A DNA stretch of 64,000 nt from an uncultured Nitrospiraceae bacterium (GTDB lineage Bacteria > Nitrospirota > Thermodesulfovibrionia > Thermodesulfovibrionales > Dissulfurispiraceae), in contig CAVSHF010000003.1 of the NCBI GenBank assembly GCA_963727805.1, positions 832,001 through 896,000 of the forward strand, in the 5' to 3' direction. Under the pieces are notes generated by a model, which worked only from the letters and a program-made list of their open reading frames with translations, made no database searches and had not been told where the DNA came from. A program made the translations under genes and the position numbers. Shown in pieces: positions 21,020-31,744 of this stretch (positions are counted from its first letter, which is position 1; every line of letters begins with the position of its first letter).

Positions 21020-21865
21020 CTACAGATATTTTTTAGTTGCTATGTCCAGCGGACTGACAACTTTTGCCAGATTCATCTTGCTGACATGAAGATAAACGGT
21101 CGTGGTCGTCGGTGACCTGTGCCCAAGAAGCAGTTGGACATGATGAAGACTAGTCCCCGCCTCGATAAGGTGTGTCGCAAAACTATGCCTCAGAGTATGC
21201 ACGCAAGCATTCTTTGCGATGCCGGCGCGTTTCTTGGATTTTTGGAATATCTGGTAGATGGAGCTTATAGTGATATGGGTGTTGTCCTTCTCGCCTTCAA
21301 ATAACCACTCCTCCGGGCGATATTCCCTCCAATACTGTCTTAAGCACTCAAGGGCAGTCTGCGATAAGATGGAGTAACGGTCCTTTGCCCCTTTTCCAAG
21401 ACGGACATAAACCAGCATACTCTTGCTGTCGATATCTGTCACCTTCAGTCGCGCAGCTTCACTTATTCTCAACCCGGCAGAATAGGTGATCATCAGAAGC
21501 GCCTTGTGCTTGATGTTTTCAGTGACTGAGAAAATCGCCTGGACTTCGGACAAATCCAAAACGAGAGGCAGCTTCTTCTGGGCTTTCGGATATTGAATAT
21601 TATTGACTACATCCGCACGATTCAGGGTCGTATTATAAAGGAACTTGATCCCGGCCACATAGGTTCTGTATGTCCCCCTCGTTAAACCCCTTTCTTCCAT
21701 AAGATGAACCAGATACTGCTTCACTTCCTCTGTACTCAGTTCTTCAGGAGACTTGCCGAAATAATTCTCAAGGTTACCGACTTCCCGGAGATATTTCCTT
21801 TGGACACCAAGCGTAATGCCCTTCAACTGAAGATCCTGCAGCAACCGTTCTTTCAACGCGCTCAT
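21020..21865 (-). CDS. tyrosine recombinase
   Basis: protein identical to 17255-18100. Confidence 0.95.
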   Translation of the reverse strand: MSALKERLLQDLQLKGITLGVQRKYLREVGNLENYFGKSPEELSTEEVKQYLVHLMEERGLTRGTYRTYVAGIKFLYNTTLNRADVVNNIQYPKAQKKLPLVLDLSEVQAIFSVTENIKHKALLMITYSAGLRISEAARLKVTDIDSKSMLVYVRLGKGAKDRYSILSQTALECLRQYWREYRPEEWLFEGEKDNTHITISSIYQIFQKSKKRAGIAKNACVHTLRHSFATHLIEAGTSLHHVQLLLGHRSPTTTTVYLHVSKMNLAKVVSPLDIATKKYL

Positions 21866-22532
21866 AATACAATCTCCTTTGAAACTGTTTTCTGCCAGCT
21901 CATGCCGGCAGCACAGCAAAGAGAGATTGTAAAAAGACTTCGATGGTTCAACAAAGAAATGTGATCAGGCAAAAGTGGCTATTCGAAAAAGATGGTACTA
22001 CTACTGATAGGCCCTTGCTAATCGAATCCACCGCGCAGCGGTTTAGTCCTTCTTTAGGAAACAAATAGTGAGGGTCGATGTGACTTATCAAGAGTTCGTG
22101 CAGTAACCTTTTTTTCGGCCGCCTGTCTGCATGTATTAGTTTCCAGTACAAGTCTCTTAACAAACAGTGGGCTTGTTAACGTTGGGTGCTCATAGAAGAA
22201 GTCTCCTAAAATGGCACCCCTGCTTGCTCCGAAGCTTTCGAGCTAAAATCATCGATAGTCGTTTCAAAACTTAAGCAAGATGTTTTATCGGTTTCATGTC
22301 GTTATCGTTACCACAGGGATACGGCTCGTTACACAAGCTTTCGTCCCGAAGTCAATACCGGCGCTCTTCTCCAGAAACAATTGGTGCTACTCCACCGTGG
22401 ACGCCGCGCATAATATGGAGGGTACCTCCGGTAAAAACTACCACAACAGCGTTGTTTAGTGCTTCCTTGTGACGCGGCGCGATCTGCATCGCCGAGAAAT
22501 AACTTGTTCATTAGAAAACAGTGCGGGCGACG

Positions 22533-22910
22533 CTAGCAGGACGTTTGTTTTGGTTTTATATAATGGGTCGAGTAGGCTTCTTCGATGTTGGGGTCTCCAG
22601 ACTTACTGAATCTCAAAGGTGTTCTTGGGCCTTGCCCACGAGACATATAGGCAGTAGTACTGGCCAGTAGACCGCCTTTTATTGCGTTCTGTCCAAATGC
22701 TCTCAGCATGCAGTTCACCTTCATAAGGTTAACCTGTATCACCCTCTCCAGATATGGGACTTTACGAGACAGCCACACCTCATGGTTCTCCTTCGTCAAT
22801 TTGCCAATACGAAGGAGTATATCTACAAAACAAACGTAGCCCTTTTCGCGGAGCAATTCGCCAGATGCTTCGTTCACTTGTTTGATCAAATCGTTACGGT
22901 TGAGACTCAT
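22533..22910 (-). CDS. hypothetical protein
   Basis: 125 aa with GAGG RBS; protein-like sequence (VPYLERVI, LRFSKSGDPNIEEAYSTHY). Confidence 0.6.
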   Translation of the reverse strand: MSLNRNDLIKQVNEASGELLREKGYVCFVDILLRIGKLTKENHEVWLSRKVPYLERVIQVNLMKVNCMLRAFGQNAIKGGLLASTTAYMSRGQGPRTPLRFSKSGDPNIEEAYSTHYIKPKQTSC

Positions 22911-23273
22911 CCTCTTGTAGCTGTAGCACCTTCCCTCTTTACGGCATGAGTTGACGCTTTAGCGCGCCACTTTATGATCATTCCATCCCATCTAACAAGG
23001 CGATGCTTTCGCAAATATCATAGCCCAGGTGGCTCATGTCCCTCAAAGTACGGGGCATATTCACAAAAGAGCAGACATTCCAGTCTGTCTGCCTCGGCGA
23101 TAGCCTGTCCAGGTGTACGAGATGACTTCCGAGTGTTTCACAGAGATCGCTAATAGCGCTTGCAACATCTCTGTGGATCATGGGACCGCCCTTCACCGGC
23201 TTTGGCGGAATACGCAAGGGCTTATATATTATATCTGTCTGAAACTCATTATTCTTTATGATGAGAAAACTTG

Positions 23274-25481
23274 CTATACCTCCCCTACAACCGGGATGTT
23301 TATTGTAAATTTAGTGCCTTGCCCGACTTTGCTTTCTATTTTTATTTCTCCATTGTGTTTCTTTACAATATCATAAGCAATGCTCAAACCAAGACCCGTA
23401 CCTCTCCCAACTTCCTTTGTCGTATAAAAAGGCTCGAATATCCTGCTAAGCTTGTCTTCAGGTATCCCGCTGCCTGTGTCAGATATGGAAATGTATATAT
23501 TTTTGTCGTCATTCCATGTCCTGACTGTTATATCCCCATGTTCTTTTATAGCTTGGGCTGCATTTACCATTATGTTCATGAATACCTGATTGAGCTGGCC
23601 TGCGTAACATTTTGTCATCGGTATGTTGCCGTATTCCTTGTTAAGCGTTGTTTTATACTTAAGTTCATTCCAGATTATATTAATCGTACTTTCAATTCCT
23701 GAGTTTATATCTGCTTCTTTATACTCCGCTTCATCAATACGCGAGAATCCCTTCAGATCCTGAACAATCTTTTTAACCCTGTCGGCGCCTTCAAGAGATT
23801 CTTTTATCAGATTAATCAAATCATCGGTGATATAATCAATTTTGAGGCGTCGCCTGTTTTCATTCAACTTACTCAAAGCTGTGTCCGCGCTTTCTTTCTG
23901 CGCCAAAAGGTCCTGCAGTGCCTTTGACTGAACCCCAATAAATTCCGACATTTTGTTTGCGTATTGCTGCAAGGTATTCAGATTGCTCATTATAAAAGCC
24001 ATGGGATTGTTAATCTCATGCGCCACCCCTGCTGCAAGCTGTCCTATAGACGCCATCTTTTCCTGCTGTAACAGTTGTGATTGCATTGTCTTTAAATCTC
24101 CATATGCCTTCTCTAATTCACAGTTCTTTTGTGCAAAAGCATCTTCTTCCCTCTTCCGCTCGGTGATGTCGCGGAAGGTCACCACTGCGCCAACGCTTTT
24201 GCCATTCTTGATGATCGGCATGCTTGAATACTCCACGGGAAAACTACTTCCGTCTTTGCGCCAGAGCATCTCATCTATCACACTGCTTTCCATAGCCTGG
24301 GTGCAGGAAGCATACATAGGACAGTCTTCCACCGGATAGTTGGAGCCGTCCTTGTGCGAATGGTGGATGAGATCATGCACGCCGTGCCCTAAAATCTCGT
24401 CTTCGGCAAACCCAAGCATGCGCAGGGCCGCGGGGTTGAGGAAGGACGCCTGCCCCTTGGCATCCACCCCTAATATTCCTTCTCCGGCTGCATGAAGTAA
24501 CAGGCGCTTGCCCTCTTCACTTTGCCGAAAGTATTCTTTGGACCGGTCTATGACATAGAGAATGCCTGCGAAGACAATAATAATAGAGCATCCTAGAATC
24601 GTCGTCAGAATGCCGATCAGCTTGTAATCTCTGATACGAACTGTCGGCGTCAGAAGCACAATAGACCATCCCTCACTGTCAATCACATTTCTGGAGAAGA
24701 AATAATCCTTTCCTTGTAAAGTGACTTCCATACCATCGGCAATTTCCTTATTAAATAAAGAGGGTTCAAGGAGTTCATTGCCGAATTGCTTGGAAGCAAT
24801 CAATTTGTCACGTATTGCTTTGTCCAGCGGCCATAGACTTTTAAGAACCATCGGCGGTGAACTGGACATGAAAATAATGCCGTTCGGGTTGATGAGGAAG
24901 CAAAATGGGTATTTGGTGAAAAATGTCTCCATCTCGTCAAGGTCCTTTTTCATCGTGACCACGCCAAGCACTTTACCCAGACGATTCCGGACCGGGTAGC
25001 TTGCATAGAAACCCCTTTTCCCGGAAGTAATGCCCAGCGCAAAATAACGATCAGCTTGGCCCTTGGCCGCTTCCTCAAAGTAAGGACGGAAGCGATAGGA
25101 TTTCCCCACAAAGCTGTCAGGGGCCTTCCGGTTCGAGGATGCCACAGTCATGCCATCGGCAGCAATCAGGTATGACACGGAAGCGTCTAAGGCGGAATTG
25201 TATCTGTCCAGTACCCTATTGGCATGTTCTAAATCCTGGTCCCTTTTGGACACCAATGCGGGAGCGATCCATGGAGATCCAGCCAGTGTTTTAACTGCCC
25301 CTTCGATGTGTATCAATGCAGATTTTACATGCACGGAGAGGGTCGACAATGAAGCCTTGCTATCTTCGATGATGTCAAGCCGGGCACGATTGCCAAGATA
25401 GTCCGTTGCAAACCAGCCGACAACAGCGACAATAAGCAGAAGCATCACCGTTAATAAATAATAATAGTGTCTTTTATTCAT
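23274..25481 (-). CDS. membrane sensor histidine kinase, dCache (DctB-like)-PAS-HisKA-HATPase
   Basis: two TM; SYRFRPYF; PAS; QLAAGVAHEINNP; GTGLGL. Confidence 0.92.
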   Translation of the reverse strand: MNKRHYYYLLTVMLLLIVAVVGWFATDYLGNRARLDIIEDSKASLSTLSVHVKSALIHIEGAVKTLAGSPWIAPALVSKRDQDLEHANRVLDRYNSALDASVSYLIAADGMTVASSNRKAPDSFVGKSYRFRPYFEEAAKGQADRYFALGITSGKRGFYASYPVRNRLGKVLGVVTMKKDLDEMETFFTKYPFCFLINPNGIIFMSSSPPMVLKSLWPLDKAIRDKLIASKQFGNELLEPSLFNKEIADGMEVTLQGKDYFFSRNVIDSEGWSIVLLTPTVRIRDYKLIGILTTILGCSIIIVFAGILYVIDRSKEYFRQSEEGKRLLLHAAGEGILGVDAKGQASFLNPAALRMLGFAEDEILGHGVHDLIHHSHKDGSNYPVEDCPMYASCTQAMESSVIDEMLWRKDGSSFPVEYSSMPIIKNGKSVGAVVTFRDITERKREEDAFAQKNCELEKAYGDLKTMQSQLLQQEKMASIGQLAAGVAHEINNPMAFIMSNLNTLQQYANKMSEFIGVQSKALQDLLAQKESADTALSKLNENRRRLKIDYITDDLINLIKESLEGADRVKKIVQDLKGFSRIDEAEYKEADINSGIESTINIIWNELKYKTTLNKEYGNIPMTKCYAGQLNQVFMNIMVNAAQAIKEHGDITVRTWNDDKNIYISISDTGSGIPEDKLSRIFEPFYTTKEVGRGTGLGLSIAYDIVKKHNGEIKIESKVGQGTKFTINIPVVGEV

Positions 25482-25905
25482 GCGCAGGACGTCCCAGACA
25501 GATAGGGATACATTACTAAGTCTCTCACCTCAGAGAGAGTAGAAATCTTTCCTTCCCCTGAAGTGATAAAGGAGAGGGTGATGTATAACGCGCATTCGCA
25601 CAGCGCCTCACAGCGACTTAGTTGTTTTTCGTCGGTGCAATATCGAGGGCATTCCTCGCTTAATGTTTTGCGCTCCGGATAAATATTGCCCGAATACAGA
25701 TCTGAGAAGTCCCCAGCCTCTAAAGCCATTGTAGAAAAACAGTTATCCACCTTATGCGTAAAAAAAAAACAGACCGTATTCCATTTTTTTGAAAGTCGGC
25801 TTTATAGCCATTCAATTCAAGCGAGGAATCGGCAAAGAAGTCATCTCTGGAATCCCAGATTGTGAAACAACCAGGACATCGTTTAAAAGCACTTTCGCTG
25901 CCCAT
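25478..25905 (-). pseudogene. Cys-rich hypothetical protein broken by two homopolymer frameshifts
   Basis: FKRCPGC...; A7 and T10 runs each one base too long; continues DNCFSTM..CPRYC..CEALCEC. Confidence 0.6.
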
Positions 25906-25922
25906 CGATCTCCTTAGGGTCA

Positions 25923-26483
25923 CTACTTGTATTTTTCCACAAGTTGAGCAACAAGCATCTCAACTTCTTCATCGCAAACGTCACTTACAATAATCCGGCC
26001 TTTTTCATCATATTCTAGTTGCGTAATCCCTGGAAACTCTTTTTCGATCAGTTTCAGGTTGAGAGCCTGCTTTCTTACGATATCGAGCAGTCTCTGATTC
26101 TCTTTCTCAAGATCGAACTTATCAACCGCAGATTTCACGGCGAAGCGGAGTTCGAGGTCGTTCCATGGCTTCATGAAAAAACGGTAAATCTCGCCCCTGT
26201 TGATTGCCTTTATCGCGGCATCGAGACTTGCATGGCCAGTAAGCATTATCCTGACGACAGTCGGAAAGCAACTTCTTACCTTTGCCAGAAAATCGGCTCC
26301 GGACATACCCGGCATCATTTCGTCGCTTATAACTACCTTTATCTCATTTTTCGACAAAATGTCGAGACCTTCAGCCGCTCTTATTGCGGAGAAGACCTTA
26401 TAATGATCGTCCAGAAATGATCTTTTTAGCGCCTCTATTACACTCTGTTCATCATCAACGATAAGTATATTGCTTGTCTCCAT
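25923..26483 (-). CDS. response regulator (REC plus short C-terminal extension)
   Basis: ILIVDDE, ISDEMMP, LTG, KPW. Confidence 0.9.
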   Translation of the reverse strand: METSNILIVDDEQSVIEALKRSFLDDHYKVFSAIRAAEGLDILSKNEIKVVISDEMMPGMSGADFLAKVRSCFPTVVRIMLTGHASLDAAIKAINRGEIYRFFMKPWNDLELRFAVKSAVDKFDLEKENQRLLDIVRKQALNLKLIEKEFPGITQLEYDEKGRIIVSDVCDEEVEMLVAQLVEKYK

Positions 26484-26538
26484 CTGTGGTCTCCTTTGGT
26501 TCAATAAGACATCCTCTTGCACTATTCGTCGTGTTATA

Positions 26539-27876
26539 TCATGCAGATCCCTTTTGCGTGGTCACGAAGATACCGCTTTTAGAGGGGTCCAGATAGGCCG
26601 CCCTCTTGAGCGTCTCGATATTCTTATCATTAAGGATGGTACCCTTGCGGAGCAGAAGAAGCCCTGTCCCAGTGCTGACGTCTTTGGATATGACCATCCC
26701 TGGAGCTAGATCTCCGGTTTTTAGCTCCATCTCTATAAAATTAGATTCATTGACAATCGAGTGAAAAAACTCATGGGCCGCCTTTTCGAGAGGCGTGTAG
26801 AGAGTGGCATCAAATTGGGTAGCGAGCATGAATTTGACTTGCTTTAGAGCACTGTCGATGTCCTGCATTTCGCCATGAAGTATCCTATCGAAACGATCTG
26901 CGATGGCGATTATCCGGGCGCCGATCGGGATGTCCTCGCCCTTCAATTTGTCCGGAAATCCTCTGCCGTTATACCATTCGTGATGGTGCCGGATAAGTAT
27001 GCCGGGTCCCCTGAAGTCTTCGATGCAGTCGATCGCGGCCTGTCCTCTCACAGGATGTTTTACGTATTCAGTCATTTCATCGGCAGAAAGTTCACCGATG
27101 TTCTTTATCAAAACTATATCTGGGGCCCCGATCATGCCGATATCGTGCAGTTGCGAAGCGGTCGAAATCATTTCTATTTCCGGATCAGGCAGTCCCATGG
27201 CTCTTGCCATAGCTATCGACAGGACTGCGACATTGTTCGAATGGTTTCGCATCGAGTGGCTCCTGAGTTCGATCAGCCCCGAAAGTGAGGTCAAAATCTC
27301 AGATACGTTTTTCTTCAGCTTCTCGTTGAGCTTCTTTAGCTCCTTGTTTTGATTTGTCAGATCTATTGTATGCTGTTGGACATAGAATTCGAGTTCCGTG
27401 CTCCACTTCTTGAGTTCTTCATTCTGCTGTATAGTAAGATCCGTAAGATATTTATTCTCCTTGACAAGGCGATATTTTTCGAATGCATCCTTTATCACCA
27501 TCAGAAGGTCACTGTCGTTCCAGGGCTTTGACACGTAACGATATGCGCCTCCCCTATTGATTGCACCGATTGCCGCCTCTACATCTGCATAGCCCGTTAG
27601 TATTATCCTCACCGCGTCCGGAGAGAGTTGTTGAGATTTCTCCAGAAACTCAGCACCGGTCATTACCGGCATACGCTGGTCAGAGACTATGACCGGCACC
27701 TCGATCTCTTTAAGGACTGCTAGGCCATCCAAGCCTGACAACGCCGTAAGAACTTCGTAGTCTTCAGATATGAAGAGGCGTTTTAGCGAGCGCAGGACAT
27801 TCTCCTCGTCGTCTACGAAGAGTATGCGCTTGGGGATTTTGACATTTTTATTCGCTATGTCCATTGTCGATGACAT
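26539..27876 (-). CDS. REC-HD-GYP phosphodiesterase (GFP variant)
   Basis: REC; LHDIG; HHEWYNGRGFP; IPIGARIIAIAD. Confidence 0.88.
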   Translation of the reverse strand: MSSTMDIANKNVKIPKRILFVDDEENVLRSLKRLFISEDYEVLTALSGLDGLAVLKEIEVPVIVSDQRMPVMTGAEFLEKSQQLSPDAVRIILTGYADVEAAIGAINRGGAYRYVSKPWNDSDLLMVIKDAFEKYRLVKENKYLTDLTIQQNEELKKWSTELEFYVQQHTIDLTNQNKELKKLNEKLKKNVSEILTSLSGLIELRSHSMRNHSNNVAVLSIAMARAMGLPDPEIEMISTASQLHDIGMIGAPDIVLIKNIGELSADEMTEYVKHPVRGQAAIDCIEDFRGPGILIRHHHEWYNGRGFPDKLKGEDIPIGARIIAIADRFDRILHGEMQDIDSALKQVKFMLATQFDATLYTPLEKAAHEFFHSIVNESNFIEMELKTGDLAPGMVISKDVSTGTGLLLLRKGTILNDKNIETLKRAAYLDPSKSGIFVTTQKGSA

Positions 27877-28816
27877 CAGTCAATACGTTAATAAAAAGAT
27901 CGACCAGATCGGAGTCAAAAGATGAACTCTTGCCTTCTCTGATAACTTTGAGTGCTTCTTCAACAGAGAGTTTCTTTCGATAAGGCCTGTCCGATGTCAT
28001 GGCATCGAAAGCATCGACTATGGACACTATCCGGGCCTCTATCGGGATATCGGCTGCTTTGAGTCCCTGAGGATATCCAGTACCGTCGAACCTCTCATGA
28101 TGGTAAAGGGCTATGTTGACGACGGTTTCTGGTAACTGTGCCTTTCTTGCGACATCGGCACCCCAAAGCGAATGTTGTTTTATCGTATCGAACTCTTCGG
28201 CATCCAGAGCACCCTGTTTGTTCAGGATTATCTCAGGGATGCCGATCTTGCCGCAGTCGTGAAGCCAGCTTCCGTATTTGATGTTTTTCTTCATGTCATC
28301 AGGCAGGTCCATAGCATCGACCAGCATTAACGCATATTTGGCCACCCGCTCGCAATGTCCCCTTGTATAAGGGTCCTTAAGCTCGATAGTCTGCGCAAGG
28401 GAGAGAAGTTTTGATTCATCAGCGGATTTGAGGGATGTAACAATCTTGTATTTGTCGATTGAAGCGAGCACAGTCTGCTTTAGTTCCATATCATCCCACG
28501 GCTTCGTGACAAATCTGAAGACCTCACCCCTGTTTATGGCTTCGATGGCGGCATGCAGATCCGCATATCCGGTCATGAGTATCCGCACGCTGTCAGGTGA
28601 GACGGTTTTCGTCCATGTCAGAAAATTGATACCGTTCATACCGGGCATCATATTGTCCGAAACGATGACGGAGACGGCATTGTTCTTAATAAGCTCCATA
28701 CCCTCAAGTGCGGTAGTGGCAGTCAGCACGCATACCGGGTCGGAAATGAATAGTCTCTTTACGGCATTGAGAATGTTCTGCTCGTCGTCTACGAATAAAA
28801 CAAAGTCTGCCGTCAT
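27848..28816 (-). CDS. REC-HD-GYP c-di-GMP phosphodiesterase
   Basis: KDPYTRGH, LHDCGK, HHERFDGTGYP, DAMTSDRPY. Confidence 0.92.
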   Translation of the reverse strand: MTADFVLFVDDEQNILNAVKRLFISDPVCVLTATTALEGMELIKNNAVSVIVSDNMMPGMNGINFLTWTKTVSPDSVRILMTGYADLHAAIEAINRGEVFRFVTKPWDDMELKQTVLASIDKYKIVTSLKSADESKLLSLAQTIELKDPYTRGHCERVAKYALMLVDAMDLPDDMKKNIKYGSWLHDCGKIGIPEIILNKQGALDAEEFDTIKQHSLWGADVARKAQLPETVVNIALYHHERFDGTGYPQGLKAADIPIEARIVSIVDAFDAMTSDRPYRKKLSVEEALKVIREGKSSSFDSDLVDLFINVLTDVIDNGHSE

Positions 28817-29610
28817 AAGCGGTCTCCACGAATGAAAACCAGCATGATGCCTCTGAGCTGGCTGTCGTCTGACCACATCGCTGAACCGAAGAGCCACCCC
28901 TGGATTCCGTTTATCGAGACTTTTCTCATTGTCTTCCCTGTTGCCTTTACCTCATCAACAAATGCAATTACTTCGGGAGAGAGCGCATTTTCGATGTTCT
29001 TCCCGAGCGAATTCCACCGGTCACCCGTGTCCTCGACCCATGCCTGGTTGCATTGCACGACAATATCATCGCTGATACCCAGAACAGCCACGGGGAGTGA
29101 AAAAAGTATTGTTTGATTTGCCTCAAGCATCTGCCCTTTCAATTCCAACAAATTCGTATTTTCTACAAGCAAACCCTTAAGTTCTTCGTTCACCTTCACA
29201 AGTTCGGCAGTAAGTTCCGCATTCTTTTTTAGCAGGTAATAGCGCTCGATGGCGTTGGCAACGGTCACCTTCAATTCATCGTCGTTCCATGGTTTCGGGA
29301 TGAACCTGTAAACCTCGCCTTCATTTATTGCCGATACTATCGAGGCGGTGTCGGCATATCCAGAAAGCACTATCCTAACCGTATCCGGCCAGCGAGTGCG
29401 GACTTCTCTCAGAAATTCGACTCCGTTCATATTTGGCATGCGATAGTCGGAGATAACTATCTGGATGTCGTCGCTTCCTAGTACGTCGAGACCATCCTGC
29501 GCCGAATTTGCCGCAAAAATCGCATAGCCGGCGTCGAGGAAGAGACGTCGCAGCGAATTAAGGACATTAGGTTCGTCATCGACGCATAGTATTTTGATAT
29601 CCTCTTCCAT
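28813..29610 (-). CDS. response regulator with REC and PAS-like C-terminus
   Basis: ILCVDDE, SDYRMP, KPW; coiled coil followed by a PAS-like segment. Confidence 0.88.
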   Translation of the reverse strand: MEEDIKILCVDDEPNVLNSLRRLFLDAGYAIFAANSAQDGLDVLGSDDIQIVISDYRMPNMNGVEFLREVRTRWPDTVRIVLSGYADTASIVSAINEGEVYRFIPKPWNDDELKVTVANAIERYYLLKKNAELTAELVKVNEELKGLLVENTNLLELKGQMLEANQTILFSLPVAVLGISDDIVVQCNQAWVEDTGDRWNSLGKNIENALSPEVIAFVDEVKATGKTMRKVSINGIQGWLFGSAMWSDDSQLRGIMLVFIRGDRL

Positions 29611-29626
29611 CCTGTTCCTTGTTTTA

Positions 29627-31612
29627 TTAAGGCAATACCGGAATGCTGACGGTGAAAGTCGTTCCCTTCCCAATTGCGCTATCCACCTTAATCATTCCGT
29701 TATGCTTTTTGATTATGTCGTATGCGATGCTCAGGCCAAGGCCTGTTCCCTTGCCGACCTCCTTCGTCGTGAAAAAAGGCTCGAATATTCTCTTCTGATT
29801 CTCTTCGGATATACCGTAGCCCGAGTCGGATATGGCAATATTGATCAGTCCGCTTTCAGCCCATGTCCTCACACGTATCTCTCCCTGCTTTTCGATTGCA
29901 TGGGCTGCATTCACCAGCATATTCATGAAGACCTGGTTCAGTTGCCCTGGGTTGCAAACTGTTAGAGGGATATCCCCATATTCCTTGACGAGCGTCGCCT
30001 TGTACTTGAGCTCGTTCCATACTATGTTGATCGTACTTTCGAGACCAGAGTTGATGTCCGCCGTTTTAAACTCAGATTCATCTACGCGGGAGAAATTCTT
30101 GAGGTCCTGGACGATCTTCTTGACCCTGTCGGCGCCCTCAAGAGATTCCTTGATCAGATTATTGAGGTCTTCGGTGATGTAATCGATCTTCAGTGCTTTC
30201 CTTTTTTCGGCAATCTCCAAGAGAATATCGGCATTACCGCACTGCTTGCTGCATCTCTCGACTGTAGCGGTATAAACCGTCAGGTATTCCGATACCTTTT
30301 CGAGATACCTTTTCAGGGTGTTGAGGTTGCTGATGATAAATCCCATGGGGTTGTTGATTTCATGCGCTACCCCGGCCGCAAGCTGACCGATCGACGCCAT
30401 CTTCTCCTGCTGCAATACCTGGGACTGAACCATTTTAAGATCGTTATAAGCATTCTCCAGATCCGTGTGCTGCGTTTCCAGTATATGCATCATATTGTTG
30501 AATTGCTCGCCCAGATAAGAATAGGGATCGTGTGCAGCATCCTCGAAGAATGGGCATTTAGTGCATGTCTCATATTTCTTGGCAAATTGGCCCTGGACTT
30601 CACCTTTGCAAAAGGTGCCTGCCTTCTGCCAGCATCTTAGATCGTTGCCAGCATCCGCAAAGCAGATGCAACCTTCCTTGTCGCACTTCATAAACTCATG
30701 ACATTTCTTCAGATTGGGGTTTACAAACCTGACGCTGAAGTTTTTCTTTATAGCTACCTCTTGTATCAGGGTGGATATTTCATCAAGGGCCTTTTGCAGC
30801 TGAATTCTGCTGTTTTTTAGTTCGTCTTCAGCCTTCTTTCGGTCTGTTATGTCATGAAGGGTGATAACTGAGGCTGCCGACATGAACAGTTCCTTGCCAG
30901 GAACGTCATATACTGAGCACTCGAAGTAACGCCCAGTCGCATGATGGAATTCAACGCAATCCGCGAGACTTGAAAAGCTGGTAAACCCCCCTTCTGAGAG
31001 GATGTCCTGCCATTTGCGATTAAGAAGTTCTTTGTATGTTTTGCCGGTCAATGTGCTGACCACTTTATTGCACCGCAGAATAAGGCCGTTTGAGTCGGCC
31101 AGCAGCACAGCATCCCTGATGCAATCCATGCTTTGTTCCCATTCGCGTTTGGCAGTCTCGATTGCATCTATGGTCTTGGCGAGGATATCGTGTTTTACCT
31201 TAATGTCCTCGAATTGCTTCATCTGGACAAGATTTCTGATCTTGATCAGGAGTTCGGTGAAGTCGACCGGTTTGTTGATGAAATCGTTTGCCCCGGCATT
31301 GAGGCTGTCAAGTCTCACTCTCTGGTCGTTTGAGCTGGTGACTGAAATGATCGGTATATGGCGCGTTTCTTTTGCGGCCCTGAGCTGTTTGCATGCCATT
31401 ACTCCGCTGATGTCCGGCATGAAACAGTCGAGAATAATGACATCCGGATCATGCAGTCGAGCCTTTTCGATGCCCTCCTTGCCGCTCGAAGCGGTTTCAC
31501 AGGCATATCCGTAACTGGAGATATTGGCGGACATGATTTTTTGCTGCATCATGTCGTCTTCGATTATGAGGATCTTGGGCTGAGAAAGTTCTTCAGTTTC
31601 TTGTAAGATCAT
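29627..31612 (-). CDS. hybrid histidine kinase, REC-PAS-Cys-rich (two-CW-like)-HisKA-HATPase
   Basis: REC; PAS; CHEFMKC..C..CWQKAGTFC..CTKC; AHEINNP; GTGLGL. Confidence 0.9.
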   Translation of the reverse strand: MILQETEELSQPKILIIEDDMMQQKIMSANISSYGYACETASSGKEGIEKARLHDPDVIILDCFMPDISGVMACKQLRAAKETRHIPIISVTSSNDQRVRLDSLNAGANDFINKPVDFTELLIKIRNLVQMKQFEDIKVKHDILAKTIDAIETAKREWEQSMDCIRDAVLLADSNGLILRCNKVVSTLTGKTYKELLNRKWQDILSEGGFTSFSSLADCVEFHHATGRYFECSVYDVPGKELFMSAASVITLHDITDRKKAEDELKNSRIQLQKALDEISTLIQEVAIKKNFSVRFVNPNLKKCHEFMKCDKEGCICFADAGNDLRCWQKAGTFCKGEVQGQFAKKYETCTKCPFFEDAAHDPYSYLGEQFNNMMHILETQHTDLENAYNDLKMVQSQVLQQEKMASIGQLAAGVAHEINNPMGFIISNLNTLKRYLEKVSEYLTVYTATVERCSKQCGNADILLEIAEKRKALKIDYITEDLNNLIKESLEGADRVKKIVQDLKNFSRVDESEFKTADINSGLESTINIVWNELKYKATLVKEYGDIPLTVCNPGQLNQVFMNMLVNAAHAIEKQGEIRVRTWAESGLINIAISDSGYGISEENQKRIFEPFFTTKEVGKGTGLGLSIAYDIIKKHNGMIKVDSAIGKGTTFTVSIPVLP

Positions 31613-31744
31613 AGGTTGTTACGTTCCCTTATTAATAATATCTCTGTCTGCATGGACAAAACTATCAAAACAATGTGTGGCTAAATAATGATCAGACTCT
31701 CAGACAGGCACATAAATCCACCACCAAGGGTTGATACGATTCCC

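Larger units (their letters stand above)
19494..22052 (-). mobile_element. tyrosine recombinase + IS91-type transposase element, copy 2
   Basis: direct repeat of copy 1 at offset 3765; bounded by GAA/GAA. Confidence 0.93.

Noticed and set aside
22053..22530. Short ORFs and possible gene debris right of copy 2
   Set aside because: No motif or RBS support; could not assign
15729..23250. Bona fide integron with cassette array
   Set aside because: The integrase travels inside the repeated element and lacks the IntI insertion; I found no series of GTTRRRY/RYYYAAC attC sites
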